64,000 nucleotides of DNA from Amphiscolops sp. MND2022 (lineage: Eukaryota): NCBI GenBank assembly GCA_964187785.1, contig OZ076415.1:55924001-55988000 (forward strand). The letters run 5' to 3'. The notes beneath the pieces are model-generated. The model did no database searches. It saw nothing but the letters and a program-made list of their open reading frames with translations, and was not told the origin of the DNA. Shown piece by piece: positions 24,001 to 39,000 of this stretch; position 1 is the stretch's first letter, and the number at the start of each line of letters is the position of its first letter. Position numbers and translations under genes: made by a program.

Positions 24001-27000
24001 TTTTTGAAACTTCAGTTTGCTGCAAAATATCAAAAAACTTGAAGGGGGACCGTTTGGCGACAAAAGAAAATTCGAAAAAAAAGTCGCACAGTGCCGAAAA
24101 AAATTCAAAGGGGGGACCCTGTAGTTCCGTCCGGTTTTGTATCTTACGTTAAAAATTGAGTACACGAAAGGGGGGACCCTTTGCAGTAACTCAGATATGA
24201 TTCCGCTTGCCGGTGCAGTACTTTTAGTAGTTCTGTAAAAAGTGTCCACTACGCATACATTCTGTGGTCTGACGAAAAAAAAAGAAAAAAAACTTGCCAC
24301 TGTAATAGTCGGGCTCATTTTCTTCTAAAATGCGCCGACTAAAAAAAGAGTACGCCGACTTCTGTAGAATGCTATTTCAAAATACAAGTTCGAAACTAGT
24401 CTTGAACTAGGAGTACAAAAGCAACATGAATCAGGGGTACAGCTTCTTTATCGACATTTAGCTGACGATTTTTTTGTTCGTCCTTCGGAAAATAAAAGAT
24501 GAAATCTTAATAGTGGTGTAGTTTGGTTAAACCCATGAAGTAAAGACCTTCAACATTAAAGGCCTGTGTCGTTAGTTGATTTTAACAGTTTGCACTTGAA
24601 TGTCAGTTTTCCATTTTTCCAGGGCGACTTCGAGAAGTTCATCGCTGACAAAACTGGATGTCAACCGACTGATATTTTCTTTGCCCATTTCAAAAAAACA
24701 GTATCAGATGTGAAGAACGCGTGAGTGTCGCCCATCTTGCTACTTTTTTGTTTTGAACTCTGGGTTCTTTGAACTTGGATTTGTCATTGATTGAAAAGTG
24801 TCTGATACTTGAGACTTTTGAAAAAAATAATTCCTTGCAGATTCTGTCTTGATTCTTATGATCTGACAATCGGAAGTGCTTTCGGTGGTAATTACGTCAC
24901 GCTACACTTTCTGACTTCTTTCAAAATCTGTCTTGATCTAAAGACTTGGAAAATTCATGAACACCAGGATACCAAAAAGCTCGATTTGGCGGTTTGGCTA
25001 ACGAACATTTTCAAAGCGCAATATCTGGTAATTTGTTCAGGTTACAAAAAAGTCTCAGGAGCAAAATTCTCTCAAACTTTGAGCTGTTCTCAGCTTTTTT
25101 CGTAGTAACTTTCTGACAAAGCTACATGGCTTAAAGTTCGAAATTTTGCTCATCTTAGCCTGTGATAGAGATGTTGTTGCAATGGTTTTCAACATGGCGT
25201 TTCCAGTTAACCGCATTTTTGGAAAAATTTGCTGTACTCAAAGTTCTGGTAACCAACTGTGAATTGAATGCTCCGGAAAAAGTTCCTACCGATTACATGT
25301 ACACCTTGTTGGCAATTTTTAAACTCCTAGCGTCGCTTTTACAGGTCAAGGATAGTGTGAGTTGAATTGACCCCTAAATCAAGTTATGTGTTAGTTGAAC
25401 AATCTCTGGTTTTGTTATCTCGAAAGTTCGTGTTCCTTGTCTTAAGACCCATCCTAAATGAAGATTGGTTATTGCATCCTGACTCAAATTTTGATTTTCA
25501 ATTATTTGTTCAGTTATGTAAATCGTTTTCCGTCAAATTCTTATCTCTGATTTGTTGGATGCCTTTATCGGGGCTCGAGATTGGCGTCCTCTTTTTTGAA
25601 CGTTCTGCATTTATGGTGAAATTCAGTGTTTCAATGCGTATTTTTCTAGGTGTTCTGTACTCCTTCTTATCAGAAATGCATTATATTCTAATGTTTCTAT
25701 AAAATAGACCAGATCCTCTTTGCTACTCCAGCTAAAAAGTACGCCATTGACAATCTTTTGTTCAATTCGCTGAGTCTAATATTTAAATTTGTATCAGAAC
25801 TAAACTCCGTACCAACTGGATCGCAAAAGTCGTATTTATCCGGAACACTTATTAGTATTTTTGCCGAAGTTTTCATACTAACGTAAATATTCTTGACTTT
25901 AGGTTTGTTACGTTCAAGAATCCAGAAGAGGCTGCTAAGGCGAAAGCCATCATAAATGAAGGCATTTGCTACTGTGGAAGAACACTGCAAGCTGCGTACG
26001 CTTACGCCAAGGAAGGGTTAGTACACAAAAGCCAAGGCTTTTATCCAACGAATAGTCGAAAGTATTGTATGTATGTAACAACATTCAAGCTAATCTTTGC
26101 TGATCCCAAGTTTCAGAGAAGCTGTTGTTGTGCGAAAGTTGTATTGAAGCCAAAGTTATCATATGATTCTTTGCAACAATACGTTGAATTGTTTCAGGCG
26201 TCCCACGAAACCTGCCCAGAATTTCGATGATACTGCGTCAGTGAGAAGCTTTGCCAGCAGCAGTTTCTCAAATGACCATAGAAACAATCCAAGCGAAGTC
26301 AATGGTTACAGCCATCTCAACAGGCAAGTCTTGTGGTCAAACAGTCAGAACGCGGGCAAACATTTGCGACCTTGTTATCTTCAAAAATTGGTCACTCTGG
26401 GTATATCTGATCTTGTCAGACGCATACACTCAGCTAAAAGATTAATCCATGCATGTGCAAGTTGCCTTGGAAATTGTAGGGCTTGATTTTTCTCAGCTGG
26501 TCCAATGGCAAAGTGGGAATACTTGAATGCACGAAGACTGGAGTATGTCCGAATTTTATCAAAAAGCGCTTTTTCATCGTTTTATGAGTTTTTTTGAGCA
26601 GTTTTTTGGTTGGAGCGACTGCGTAACACCTTCATATCTTACTTTAATCACAGGCCCGATTTTAATGCCAACAGGCATTTTGGGACACAAAACTCCAGTG
26701 GCAGTGGCGGAGACATGAACAGGCCAAGATCTTACCAGGGTGGAAATAACAACAGTCATGCAAGGACGAGACCAGTCACTAGTTTCTTGCAACAGTCAAC
26801 GGCTTATACAGAGGACAAGTCATCCTCGGTGACCGGGTCAAGTGTCACTCTGGTGGCTAGTCCTTCGGGTATGAACCTCAACATGCCACCTTTCAACGAG
26901 AAACAGGTCAGTAACAGGCCTTTCATTAATCTTGTCTTCATTTTGCATTTGCTTCTTAGTTGCTTGCTTGTGAATGTCAGACGCTTTTTAGTGGGCTCAT

Positions 27001-30000
27001 TTCAAACGAAAAGTGTTCCTGAAATAATTCTTGTTCGTTTTTAAAGAAATTGAAACTGAGATGTCTCTACCTGAATGTTTACTTGATGAAGGTCCGTAGT
27101 TTACTATTATTTCGTCAAGAGCTCTATTATTGTTGCTTCCGTCCGCAATATTTCAGTTCTGGTTCTTTCTACTTGGGCAGTAAAATAGAAAAAACAAGCC
27201 GGGACCGGCCCAAGTCGGCGCCATATCCAAGGCTCAAAAATAGCCAAAGGACTTCCAAGTGTCAATTTACAGTACTCGAAAACCGAAAAACCAAAAAATG
27301 GACCGAGTGGCGCGCCGGGGCCCGCTAGCGCGAGCCCCTGGCGCGCTAAAAGGGGGACACTTCCGAAATTATCAACATTTTTGTCGCAGTTGAAAGGGGG
27401 ACCCTTTGGAGAAAAAACAAAATTTTCGAAAGAAAGTCTCACAATGCCGATAAACTGAAAGGGGGACCCTTTGGGTTTTTCAACATCCATTCTGTCGCAA
27501 AACAGCAAAAAATTGAAGGGGACCCTTTGGGGAAAAAATTTTCCGAAAAAAAGTCTCGCAATGCCGAAAAAAAATTGAAAAGGACCCTTTGGTCTCGCCC
27601 GGTGTGGTATGTTACGCGGGAAAACAGGAAAAACCTTTTTGGTTCAGTTCGCTAGGCCAAATGGTGCAATAATCTTTTGTAGAACTTTTAAGAACTATTT
27701 TGGTCAGTTCGTGTGGATTGAAAAAAAGTCACTATAATAACTTCATGAAGCGCCGAAATATTGGTTTGGTGTTTTCGAACTATTGCCTCCCTTAATTCGG
27801 AGGATGGTGCTAGTTGTCGTAGCGAATTTTGGAAAGTAATTAAGGGACGTTTTTCTATAGCTCCAATGTCCTAGATTCTCAAATCGATAATTCCGTATAT
27901 GGGAATCTTGAACCAAAGTTCGCCTTATATGGATCGCCCTCGGTTAAGGCCTATTAACAGCCAAGTTTTATAAATAAGGACAGGACTTCTAAGTGCCCAG
28001 AAACAATTTGAGAAAATTAAAGTGAAAATAACAAAAAAACTAAGGTTATCCTTCGGTGAAAAACAATCCCAAAATCGCAATGCCGAAAAAATATGGGGAC
28101 CCTTCTGTCTCATCGGCTTTTGACCTTTGAGTGGAATGTTTTAAAAAATAGTACCCTGTTGGGAATCGAACTTTGTCCTCCTGCTTCGGAAGCCAACGCA
28201 TTAGCTCCTAGACCAATTGGACGTACGGCGACAACTCATATCAAGCGACAACTCATATCAGGCGACAAGTCATATCAAGTTGAAAAAGCGACAACTCATA
28301 TCAATCAAAACTCATATCAGAAAAATAAAGTCTGTAAAAGAAAATTTTCTCCAAATATTTCATTAAATAATTAGAGAAAATTAGGTAATTGATAAGGAAT
28401 TATTCGAGATTAAAAAATAGTAACAAGAGTTCATGGTAAATATCAGTGTAATTTTGGAATTTCTAATTGCAGTTAATTATGTTTGTTAATAATTTGTTCT
28501 TGAAGTAAAATTTAGGTATTTGTAACCTCTTGGCAAACTTGATGAGTTGTGGCTTTTTCCATATTGATATGAATTATCGCTTGATATGAGTTGTCGCCTT
28601 TTCAAATTGATATGAGTTGTCGCCCGATATGAGTTGTCGCTTGATATGAGTTGTCGCTATGCCCCAATTGGAGTCTCAGTCACTCTGTTTTCGCCACATT
28701 CGGGCCTGTCTCAGAGTGACTGTAATAGTCAGGCGTCCTTCGTTGCATGCATGTCGGCGATTCGTCGAGGAATGTTTTTTTCTTTATTTTCCCGAAAGTT
28801 TCATCTGTGCTAGTTAATTTGGTGTTTGCTTGTGCACCAAAAACGAGCACTTAGAGTTTCCGAGTTTTTTTAGTTGAAGTTTGAATAAAGTTTGATCTTT
28901 GCGTTTCAGTCGGACAACAGAGGAGGACAAAAGAAGCTTTTTTCGCCGAATAAACTTTGCATTATGCCGCTCCCGGCATCGATTTCAAACGAGAAGGTTG
29001 AAGCTCTTTTTCCCAATGCTTCGCACATAGTTTCCGTTTCACTGACGAAGCCTCGAAAGAATCAGTTCGCTACTGGAGAAGTTTGTTGCGCTTTTGTTGA
29101 GTTCGACTCGGAAGAACATTGCACAGAAGCTCTTGAAAGTACCTCCGAAAACATAGAGGTCGAAGGAATGAAGTGTAGAGTTCAAAGAGCAATGGAAAAG
29201 GTAGAAATGATAAAAGTTCAGGTGGGAAGTAGAGTGCATCGAGGGAACAATTTTTCCTTAGATATGGTTTTACATGTTGCAGTCAAATGGTCAAGTTTTT
29301 GTCGGTTTTTCAAATCACCGTAAAGTTGGCTGGCTGATATTTGGATGACTCAGGTTGGACCGCATAGCCGGGTTTCGCTATAAGATCTGAAATGAGACAT
29401 TACCTCACTGTGAATAATGAAGCTGTAAGCCAATTATTTAGTTGAAATAGAAGTTGTACTCTACTTCTCTTATTCTGACCTCCATGTATTGTGATGCATG
29501 CGTTTGTTGAATTCTGTTGTTGTTGGGGGATTTGTTGATCCGCCCATTCTGTTACTGACTGAGTTAACACCGACTGAATTAGTTATAATTGACTTTAAAG
29601 ATTTCGTGCGAAAAATGTGCTTTTTGAGCAACTTTTCATCAATTGTACCATCTCAAGTGAAATTTGCTTTTGCAATGCAGACCAATTCAACCTGAACAAA
29701 TTAATGTCGAGTTTCAATCAATCAACATTATTAGTTCAAAGATTGTTGGCAAAACTGAATCTTAGCGAAAAAAGTGGTATTCAATCTCTTGCTCTAAATA
29801 CTGAGAATTTTGCAAAGATTCTGTTTCTACAAAAATGCGCGAGAGTTCAATTAATGGAGACCAAGATTTGATGATTTTTTTGCATGTGAATGTTTTTTGT
29901 CGAATTCTTACAAGCATGTCTATGAAAATCTGTTCTTGTTCTAATATAGATTACATATAAGAAGATGCGAGTGCCGCTTAAGCCCAATTGTGAGGCTATC

Positions 30001-33000
30001 TGACCTTTTTGAAGGTTCAAACTTCGGAAGTTATTCCGTGCATTGTATGTTATTGTAGATAAACTTGGTCGCTTTTTGTATTTGTCGCAGATAATCCGCT
30101 TCGTTTGTTTGTTTCTCGTTATGGCGGGTTGAAAAATCATATGATTGACTATTTCTTTCGACATTCAGTACATAAAGGTAATGCACTTCTGTTATGTTTC
30201 AAAGCTATCCTATCTTTTGTATCATCATTAAACGAGCTGCGATTGATCTTACCGTTGCTCAAACGTTGCCCGTTCTTCCACCATTTTTTGATACGTGTTG
30301 TTTAGATCTGTTTTGTTGTTTCTGGGTTGTAAATTTTCAATGTGCAACTTTGGTGCTTTTGTGAAGCAAAGGGTTTTTTCAAAACCTGCATAGTAGCGAA
30401 GTTTTTAAATACTTGGTTATTTCAAGGAGTTCAGTGAACTCCGTACAGTTCGTACCAATCCGAGATGTCTACTTCATTGAAAGCGATGTGTTGTCATCCG
30501 ATTAGTCAGTAGTTCCCATTTTCGACACTTTATTCAGTTCGATTAAATAGGTCACACTGTAATGTACTTGATGGTTTGAACCATCAAGTTTGATCGTTTT
30601 TTTTTTTAAAAAAAAAATTAAGGATCCAAGAAAACGGAGTTTTACAGGTTTCGCAATGAAAGTTCGAAAAATTGAGAACAGAATTTTTACGACTGTCCAG
30701 AATTATTCTTACTAACTCGTATCTGATCGAATTTTTTCTTCAATTTCTTTCCTGTGAAGCGTGCATTGATGTTCTTCAATTGAATCCTTAATTTCTGTTG
30801 TTTCTTTCCTTCTGTGTGTATGTTAAATTTAGTTTTCTTTCACTGTTTTGTTTTAGCCAAGTTTCGGCACTTGTTCGGCCAACCAAAAACAACCGGCTCC
30901 TGAGAAGGAACAACCGAATGCACCTCAAGGTAACCATCGACCTCAAAGCAATCCAATGTCGCCTTCTACTTCAAGTAAGCAATACAAGAGCTGCACAATC
31001 TATACTTTAGTTCTCAAATGATACACCGCCTCTCAAACTGAATTTTCGTTTTTGATATAAAGTTCATCGGTATTTTAAGTAAGTTTTGAAGGTTATAGTT
31101 TCATAATTCACTGTCAATTCCAGTTTATAGATAATTGGAAAAAATCCTTCATATTGTTACCTTAAAACTCATTTGCTCGACCGAATAATATATACGGCTG
31201 TTTTAAATATCATGTTGGAGCGAGCAATTCAATAAATTATATTGCTCGGCCCTCATTGAAAAAGGGCGTGAAACGTCAACTTTGGATTTTTGAAGCTTCA
31301 CCTTTTTTGAAAAAATACCACACTTCGCATTGTTTCAGCTGTGACATAAAGATACCCTTCAAAAGACAGTTGTTTAGTTTAGTTGTCAAAAATTTGACCT
31401 CATGTAGTCAGTATTTAACCTTAAGTTGACCAGGAAAATTCTGGATCCATCCAAAAATTGGGTGCTTAAACTTTAAACCGTAATATCTCCTAAACTATCC
31501 AAGCCCGACAAATGATTTATACAGCGTTCGAAAGATGAGCATCAGGGCTTTCAAATCAATTTTTAAACCGCTGGGCCCGCTTCGGCTCCGGAATTTGCGC
31601 CAAAACTTTGCACGCGTCGTGTCTCTGATTGCTTTTCAGCATGTTTCAAAACATGCTGGGACCGCTTTGACCCAATGTTGATACCAGTGGGATAAAAGGG
31701 CCACAAACGAAAACTGGGAAAACGGAAAATCACTCAATTTTTTTTTATTTTTTGGTCAATATTCCGTGAAAAGGCGCCGAATGCTTTGCAATATTGTCTG
31801 AAAATCTTATTCAAGAGTTTTCTTTACCATTCAATCAGTTGGTGCGTTAGAATTTGCAGAAACTAAATGTGCCGAATTCGGCACGGTGGCCAGGTTAAGG
31901 TTAAAGTAAACTGATCATTATGTAATTTTGTTAGAATTTTGTGAACACTAAATATTTTAGTCTGTCCAAATATACAAGCAGAGAACAGCTCAAAGTTTCC
32001 GTTACGCTTCAAAAAGCGAAAATTAAGGAGTCGTAAGGTGATTTTTCTGGAAACAAAGTGGNNNNNNNNNNNNNNNNNNNNNNNNNNNNNNNNNNNNNNN
32101 NNNNNNNNNNNNNNNNNNNNNNNNNNNNNNNNNNNNNNNNNNNNNNNNNNNNNNNNNNNNNNNNNNNNNNNNNNNNNNNNNNNNNNNNNNNNNNNNNNNN
32201 NNNNNNNNNNNNNNNNNNNNNNNNNNNNNNNNNNNNNNNNNNNNNNNNNNNNNNNNNNNNNAGTCGGCCGAGACATATTAAAACCAGACAAGTGTTCATC
32301 TATCAATCGCTGTGAACAACGTAATTAATTGATTGACATTATGGTTCGAAGATGCTGTCTACATTTAACACTGGATTCCAGTTTACTTGTCATGGTGTTT
32401 TTATCAACCATGTTTGATAGTGTTCAAACCATATTTGCAGCCAAGATTCCCAAGTATCTTGTAAGTTTTTCGTGATCATGGTGCTAATTTTTACACTATA
32501 CAAGATTCGGTTATAATGGGGATAAATATAAGGCATGAAAGTCCAAAAAACTTAGTTTTTGTCCAAATATCTTGGGCCCGGATATCTTGCATGAACTAGA
32601 AGGTATGACGAATAGAAATACACTCGAACGAGTCAACTGGTAATTTAACAAAATAATTCTAGATTAGTCTGCAATGAGCGCTTCGTGGTCTTTTTGAGCT
32701 GGTACTTCGTCAGTTTTTTCTCGCTTTGGAGGTTACTTCCCCAGCTTATTGTCCTTAATTTCAGGTGACGCTCCACCAAAAGTTGCCAACGACTCTCAAC
32801 GGAGTGCTGCAGTTTCTCCCGGGAAGACGCCGCTCAAGTCGAATCAGTCAAGCACTTCCCGCAATAGCTGTGATTTGAGTACAACTTCAGCTTCCAGGTT
32901 AGAATTCTTATCCACCACTTTTCGTGCACCAATTTTGTTCGAGATTTCAGCCGTAATATTTGGAAAATTTACTTGAATACATCATGAATGAAACTATACA

Positions 33001-36000
33001 GTATTCAGCTGATTTTCTTGAGAAACGAAAAATCTTAGTTTTAGCACGAGCATTTTTTCTTCCATCATATCTGCCAATAGTTATTTGATGTACTGGAAAG
33101 TACTTTCCACTTGTACTAGCGATTAATGAGGATTTTTAGGCCTGGTGACGGGGCTTGAGAAGCAGGAGTACCCGGGCTCGAGTCCCGCACTGGACCAAGT
33201 TTTTTATATGTCCAAATATAGAGGTGAACCAAAGTGTTGCCCAATTGGTTTTTTCGGCACTGTGCGACTTTTCCACGGTTTTAAACTGTAAAGTCTCCAT
33301 TTAATTTTAAGCAAGGGAAAAGCGTTTTGCGAGCATAGAGTCCCCCTTTGGGTTTTTGGCACTGTACAGCTTACTGAGGATTTTTGTCGGAAAAAAGTTC
33401 TCCCGAAATTTTTCAACTTGTTTTCACATTTTCTGTTAAGGAAAACGTTTTTCGAGTCTTAAGGGTGACCAAGTTATGTGTTGGTACTTTAGGGAAAATG
33501 TGAGTTTTTCTATATTTTTGTTTAAAGCCTAGGTAAAAGACAGACAACTCAGTATAGGTTCACTGCTTCTATTTTTGATGTTTTTAGTTGAGAAAATGCG
33601 TTGTTCGAACCTTAAGGGACAATAGTTGGGTCATTTCGCCACTGTGCGACTTTTAAAGATTTGGAAATTATCAAAAATTCGTGATTGTTATGTTTTAGGT
33701 TCACCAGCCGGGAACGGCCCAAGTCGGTGCCCCCCATTGTTCAAAAAGACACTATTGCTAAAGTTTCATCATTTTACAGTGCCAAAATATAACGGAAAAA
33801 GACCAACTTTTTCCCCGACTGGAAACAACAAAAACTCATTGAAAAAATTCGGTAATTTTTTTTTCGAAAAAAGTCGCATAGTGCCGGAAACCCTAAGGAG
33901 TCCTCTATGCTCGCAAAACGTTTCGTTCCTAGTAAAAATTGAGGGGGCTTTAAGAAAAACAATTTAGAAGAAAGTCGCATAGAAGAACGCTGGTGTTGTA
34001 AAGAATAAAATTCGGATATAGCGTGCTGGACCACTAAGAAAACCTAATACCAAAACGAGCAATACTCATTTTCAAAAAATCTCAATTCCGAAATTTGTAA
34101 AAGGGCAAATTTTGAGTTTGGAAGTATTTCAAAAGGACGCTTTGGGTTCTTTGAAAATGCAGTTTGTTGCAAAATATCAAAAAAATTGAAGGGAGACATC
34201 AAAAAATTTTCGAAAAAAGTCAAAAAACCGAAATGAAAGGCATTAAGAAAATTTGATCAAGTGTGAGACTCGAACCCACATCTTTCTGCTTCTCAGACCT
34301 TAAAAAATCCGGATTGACCTCCGTGCTAATTGGCAGTAGAAGGTACAAGTTACTGAGCAACAGCTTATAAAACTTATAAAATCTGTCAGTTCGTCGGTCT
34401 TGAAAATAGTTTTGAAAAGTCACTACTATAGTATGCTCTTTCTACGAAAGCGCCGACTAAAAAGAAGTCTTTTTCACCCGGAAAGGTTTTCCTTGTTTTT
34501 TGGTAGAAATACCATCTAAGAATACCCTAGGAAATACCACAAATTTCATGTTTTTTCGACATAGCGACGTTTTACCAAAATTCGGCTTTTAAATTTTTTA
34601 GTTGAGAAAAATCTTTTCCCTGAAAGGTCCCTATGAAAACTTTTCTTATCGTACGATTTTCTTTGAAGTTGTTCCTCACTGAACAGTTTACACATCCGTG
34701 TTAAGTTCCTTTGTGTTTTCGATTTTAACCAACTATTTCGGATATTTATCTACGAATAAGCGATGGAATATTCAAAATGCCCGTTTGGGACACTACATGC
34801 ATATATTTATGATCTAGGTATCAGATATATATATATTCCGTTGCTTTTCCGCTGTTTAACTATTTTTCCGTGAGTGTCTATACGAAAAATATCAGTACCA
34901 CTGCGCCTCTTGTTCGGTGTAAGTTCAGCATTATGTAAAGGTTTTCAAATCCAAACTCTCAGCTCTATCCGTTTGAGTCGTGAAATTGGCGACTTCCCCT
35001 TACTAACAAGAAGACCCTTCAATATTTTTTCGAAGTCGAGAAAAAAGTTCAAAGCTTTGAAACTTCAAATGGGTCACCTATGATATGAAAAAAATGGACT
35101 CTTGGATAAATTGGCTCAGTTGTATTCCTTTTCACAGTGGATCACGAGATGAAGCCAAAGTTCTGACGCTGAAGAACGTGAAGTTCGCCAGCTTGTCGAG
35201 AGTGCAGCCAGTTGCGATTCAGGTGATAGAGTACAACAGTCACTTAGACTTCATTTTCGATGTGGTCGACACACAAACGGACCCAAATCTTCAAAGCATC
35301 CTCAACGCCCGCGGTAAAATACATATTTTGTATCGGTTATAGGGCTCATTTGCTTAAAATATCTGTACTTGTTAGTGTTTCATTTCACGCAATTCAGCCT
35401 TAGCGAATTCAATGTGTGATAAAAATTTGTATCCGAAGGACTTGTCAAAAATTTGCTTGAGATGAATCCAAACTTTTCAGTGGAAATCTAAACTTTCGAT
35501 GTGTCAAAACGTTATGTACCAATTGCCCTTGTTGCAACCTAGCGACAGCGCAGATGTAAAAGTGTAATTGGTGTAATGCCTATACCAAGAAGGTGCAAGT
35601 TTTGGTTTCTTGGAATTTGGCTGTAAAAGTAAAGTTGATTATTTGTCTTAAAATCGAGGCCAGTAGAAGAAACGTGTTGTAACAGCTAAGCTTAGTGGTA
35701 TGAGCTAGGAAAAACTCTGTTATAGCCTAAAATGTCAAAGAACGAAATTATAGCAGTGAAATGTGTTTGTTGAAGGTGAGAGAGCGCCTCGCGTGAACTA
35801 CGTGCTGCCAGGCGAAGTACTGCTGACAACATTGCCCGGCAAGAGAGATTACTCAAGAGTGGTTGTCCGCAACCCGGACCTGCCAGCCGGTGTTAGCGTG
35901 GAAGATCTGGACACTTGCGCCCAGTTCTCAGTGGCCCTGCAGAACTTGACAGCCGGTGTTAGCGTGGAAGATCTGGACACTTGCGCCCAGTTCTCAGTGG

Positions 36001-39000
36001 CCCTGCAGAACTTGAAGCTGATAAACGAAGAATGTCTCGCCTCCCCTGTTAAGAGGTTCCACGGTGCACTCATCAAATGCCAGGTAACTTGTCACTAGTC
36101 ATTGATGTCATTATTTTTATACTAACCTTCGCAAACTGGTTGATATGGATGAAAGTTATCCTCGATTTGAGTTCTCACGGAGATAGTCCCGATAAGTTAT
36201 CATGAGTCTAAATTTGAGATACCCTTTCTGCAGTACTCAGGCTCCTGGCTTCATGGGATATAGTTTTTGAGGAACAAGCAATTCGAGAGTTTCAGGTTAG
36301 ACAGAAAAGGAATTCAGATGTTTCTGAAGCTTTCCATGCTTCTCCTCCCAATGAGCAACACGTTCGCTTCAAACTATTTGAGGCTTGCCGTTGACTGATT
36401 ATAATTGGATTTTTGCATTTTCTGTCGTTTATTGTAACGATTTGACCGCTGAATGAGTTGAACGGATTGTTTCAGCCACTTGAAGATCAGTTGAACGAAT
36501 TCAATGAAATCCTGGAGCAGTATCTCATTGGAGACGAAGATAACCTTGGAAACCAATATATGATGGTTTTCAATCAGCTCTTCAACTGGGTCGATATCGA
36601 GATCATAAATGGTTAATCATTCTCACTGATCGTCATGATTATACAACATGGATGCACCACAAAACGGCCGATTTTCTACACTGTGGCATAACTAGGGTCG
36701 ATTTGGAAAGTGTGACAAAAAGGTCGATTTGGAAATTAACTTGGAAATTAACCGAATGGCTGATTGCCAAATATAACAAAATGACCGATTTAGTGAGCAT
36801 CATTTTATCGAGTTAGTTAACTTGAATTGGTTGGATCACTCGGCCTTCATCCTTCCGGGGCCCTTTGCGAAAAATTTCAAGGTATTTGCATTTGAGTCCT
36901 TTTTAGTCGGCGCATTTTAGTAGAAAATGTGCCCGACTCTTACAATGGGTAGTTCTTTTTAGACGCGTAAGGTCCACTTTTTTGTTCAAAAACGTCAAAC
37001 CTCAACAACTCGAACCTCAAAAGCCCGTCCAAAACGAAAAGAAGAAACAAAACAGACGTCCAGAACCTCGAAATCACACTAAGGATCCCCCCATAGCTCC
37101 ACTTTTTTTGAAACTTTTTGGATTGCACCAAAGGGTCCCCCTTCATTTGTTTCGACATTTTGCAACACAATGGATGTCAAAAAATCCAAAGGGTCCCTTT
37201 TACATTTTTCGGCACTGTGACACTGTTCAAAAATCTCATTTCAAAAAAGTCCCCAAAGGGCTCCCCTTCATTTTTTTTCATATTTTGCAACCAGCTGGAG
37301 TTTCACAAAGCCCGAAGGGTCCCACTTTTACAATTTTGAGCCTTAGATATAGCGCCGATTTTGGCCGTTCTCGGCTTGTTTCTCTATAATGTTAGGTAAA
37401 GTGTTATGTATGCGTTTTAGATGTGAATAACGTGAAAGACACGCTAACTGAAGTCATGATCGAAACTGGGCTTGGCTTTACTCCCAAGACCAACGAAGAT
37501 ATAACCAGAGAAATGTGTATGGATCCACTCAAAATCGACAAGGTTACTTACATCAACTGAAACTTCCCAAAAATCATCTATTATTTCAGTTTTTGCACTA
37601 GTGGATTTCATATCTCTTTTAATTTGATATTAAACCCGCCTGCTCTGATCCTCATTCGGAGTTGAATCTGTGCCCCGTTAAACACCTTTCGGAAAATTTA
37701 AATCGCAATAATTAGTTTAGGACAAAAATAAGCTTGGCTCCAATTCGAAGCTCTGCGCTGTGCGTCAGAGGATACCGAAACACAATTCCTCAGTTGAAAA
37801 TTCGTCTGCACATCTATTGCAGAGACGTGTACAAGGGAAGGCTGTCGCGATTTACCACAAACCAATCCCGGTGCTCGTCTTGACGCAATCCTTTGTGATT
37901 TTATTGCTTTTTGGGTGTTTTATTTCCACAAATTGGTCTTCAACTTCCTGAAGTTTTCCCATTTAATTTTACTGGATCGTTGTTGACACATCTAGGAGCC
38001 TTTGTATCTTGCAGCGTGATGGCACCACTTCCAACACTCAATTTCAGACTGGGTCTCTCGTTGAATAATGGGCAAACATCACTTTTTGCAAAAAAATTCC
38101 GTATTTCATAAATGTACAGTCTGAATTGTTGATCAGCGGAGTTGAGTAAAATTTTCACACAACTGCGTATTGATTGGGATTCTTGTCCAAAACTAGAACA
38201 AGCAGTGAAAAGATTCCGAAGATGTATTTCTGATTTTTTTGCAATGACTATATTTGAAGAGCCTGGGTAATCTCAAAAGTAGTTTTCTGTGAATGTTTGC
38301 AGGGCGACAAGACGTACGAATGTATTTTGTCGAATGTGATTTCTCCGAGTGAGATGTACGTTCACGACACCAGCCAATCCGATCTGGACTTTCTCGAGAC
38401 ATGGAGCCATGGAGAACTCATCACTGTGCCCAACTACCATCCTTTCGTTAGTCTCCAATCTTTCATTCCCTCTGAAATATTCAAGTTCTAATAATTCTAC
38501 TGCATCAAAATATTGAGAAGTAGTGGTCTTGTCAAATCGTGACATTTCGGAATGCAATTTTTTGCCAATTACGTCATAATAAGTTTTAGAAACAGCTAAA
38601 TACGTTTACTTCAAAAATACCTGATCAAATTCTGATGACGACTTCCCAAACTAACAAGCTGGGAACGGCCGAAGTCGGCGCCATATGAACTTATAGAACT
38701 TTTTATTTATCATACAGTGCCAAAAAATACAGATGTGGTACCCTTGAAATCATCAAAAAACCCCAACTTTTGAAAAAAAAGTTGAATAGTTCCGAAAAAC
38801 CCAAAAGAAGACCCTTTAGTCTCGCAAAACCGAAAACTTCAAAAAAGTGAAAGGATTTTTTACGAAAAAGTCGCAGTGCCGAAAAAAAATCAGAAGAGGT
38901 GCCCTTTGCTCTTATGGACTTTGCAAAAAAAGTTCTTTCCGGTATACCCACCCTTACAGCCACGCACTCGTCCTCTAGCTGAGTGGCCGTACTCAAGTCG

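Noticed and set aside
28140-28220. Functional tRNA genes (also at 9945, 33140, 34255, 47905, 52070)
   Set aside because: Stems are degenerate, one is interrupted by a MITE, and they are embedded in repeats; treated as tRNA-derived fragments.
29847-30320. Possible transposase HTH remnant (KGQIASQLGLSGTRI) on the minus strand
   Set aside because: Too short; no catalytic motif or TIRs found to support it.
31863-32328. ORFs spanning the N run
   Set aside because: Artefacts of translating the assembly gap.
36234-36295. Candidate extra exon in the Tudor region; also 44459-44580
   Set aside because: Phases do not fit or a stop is present; the direct joins 36083-36476 and 43486-44627 keep the frame and the Tudor consensus.
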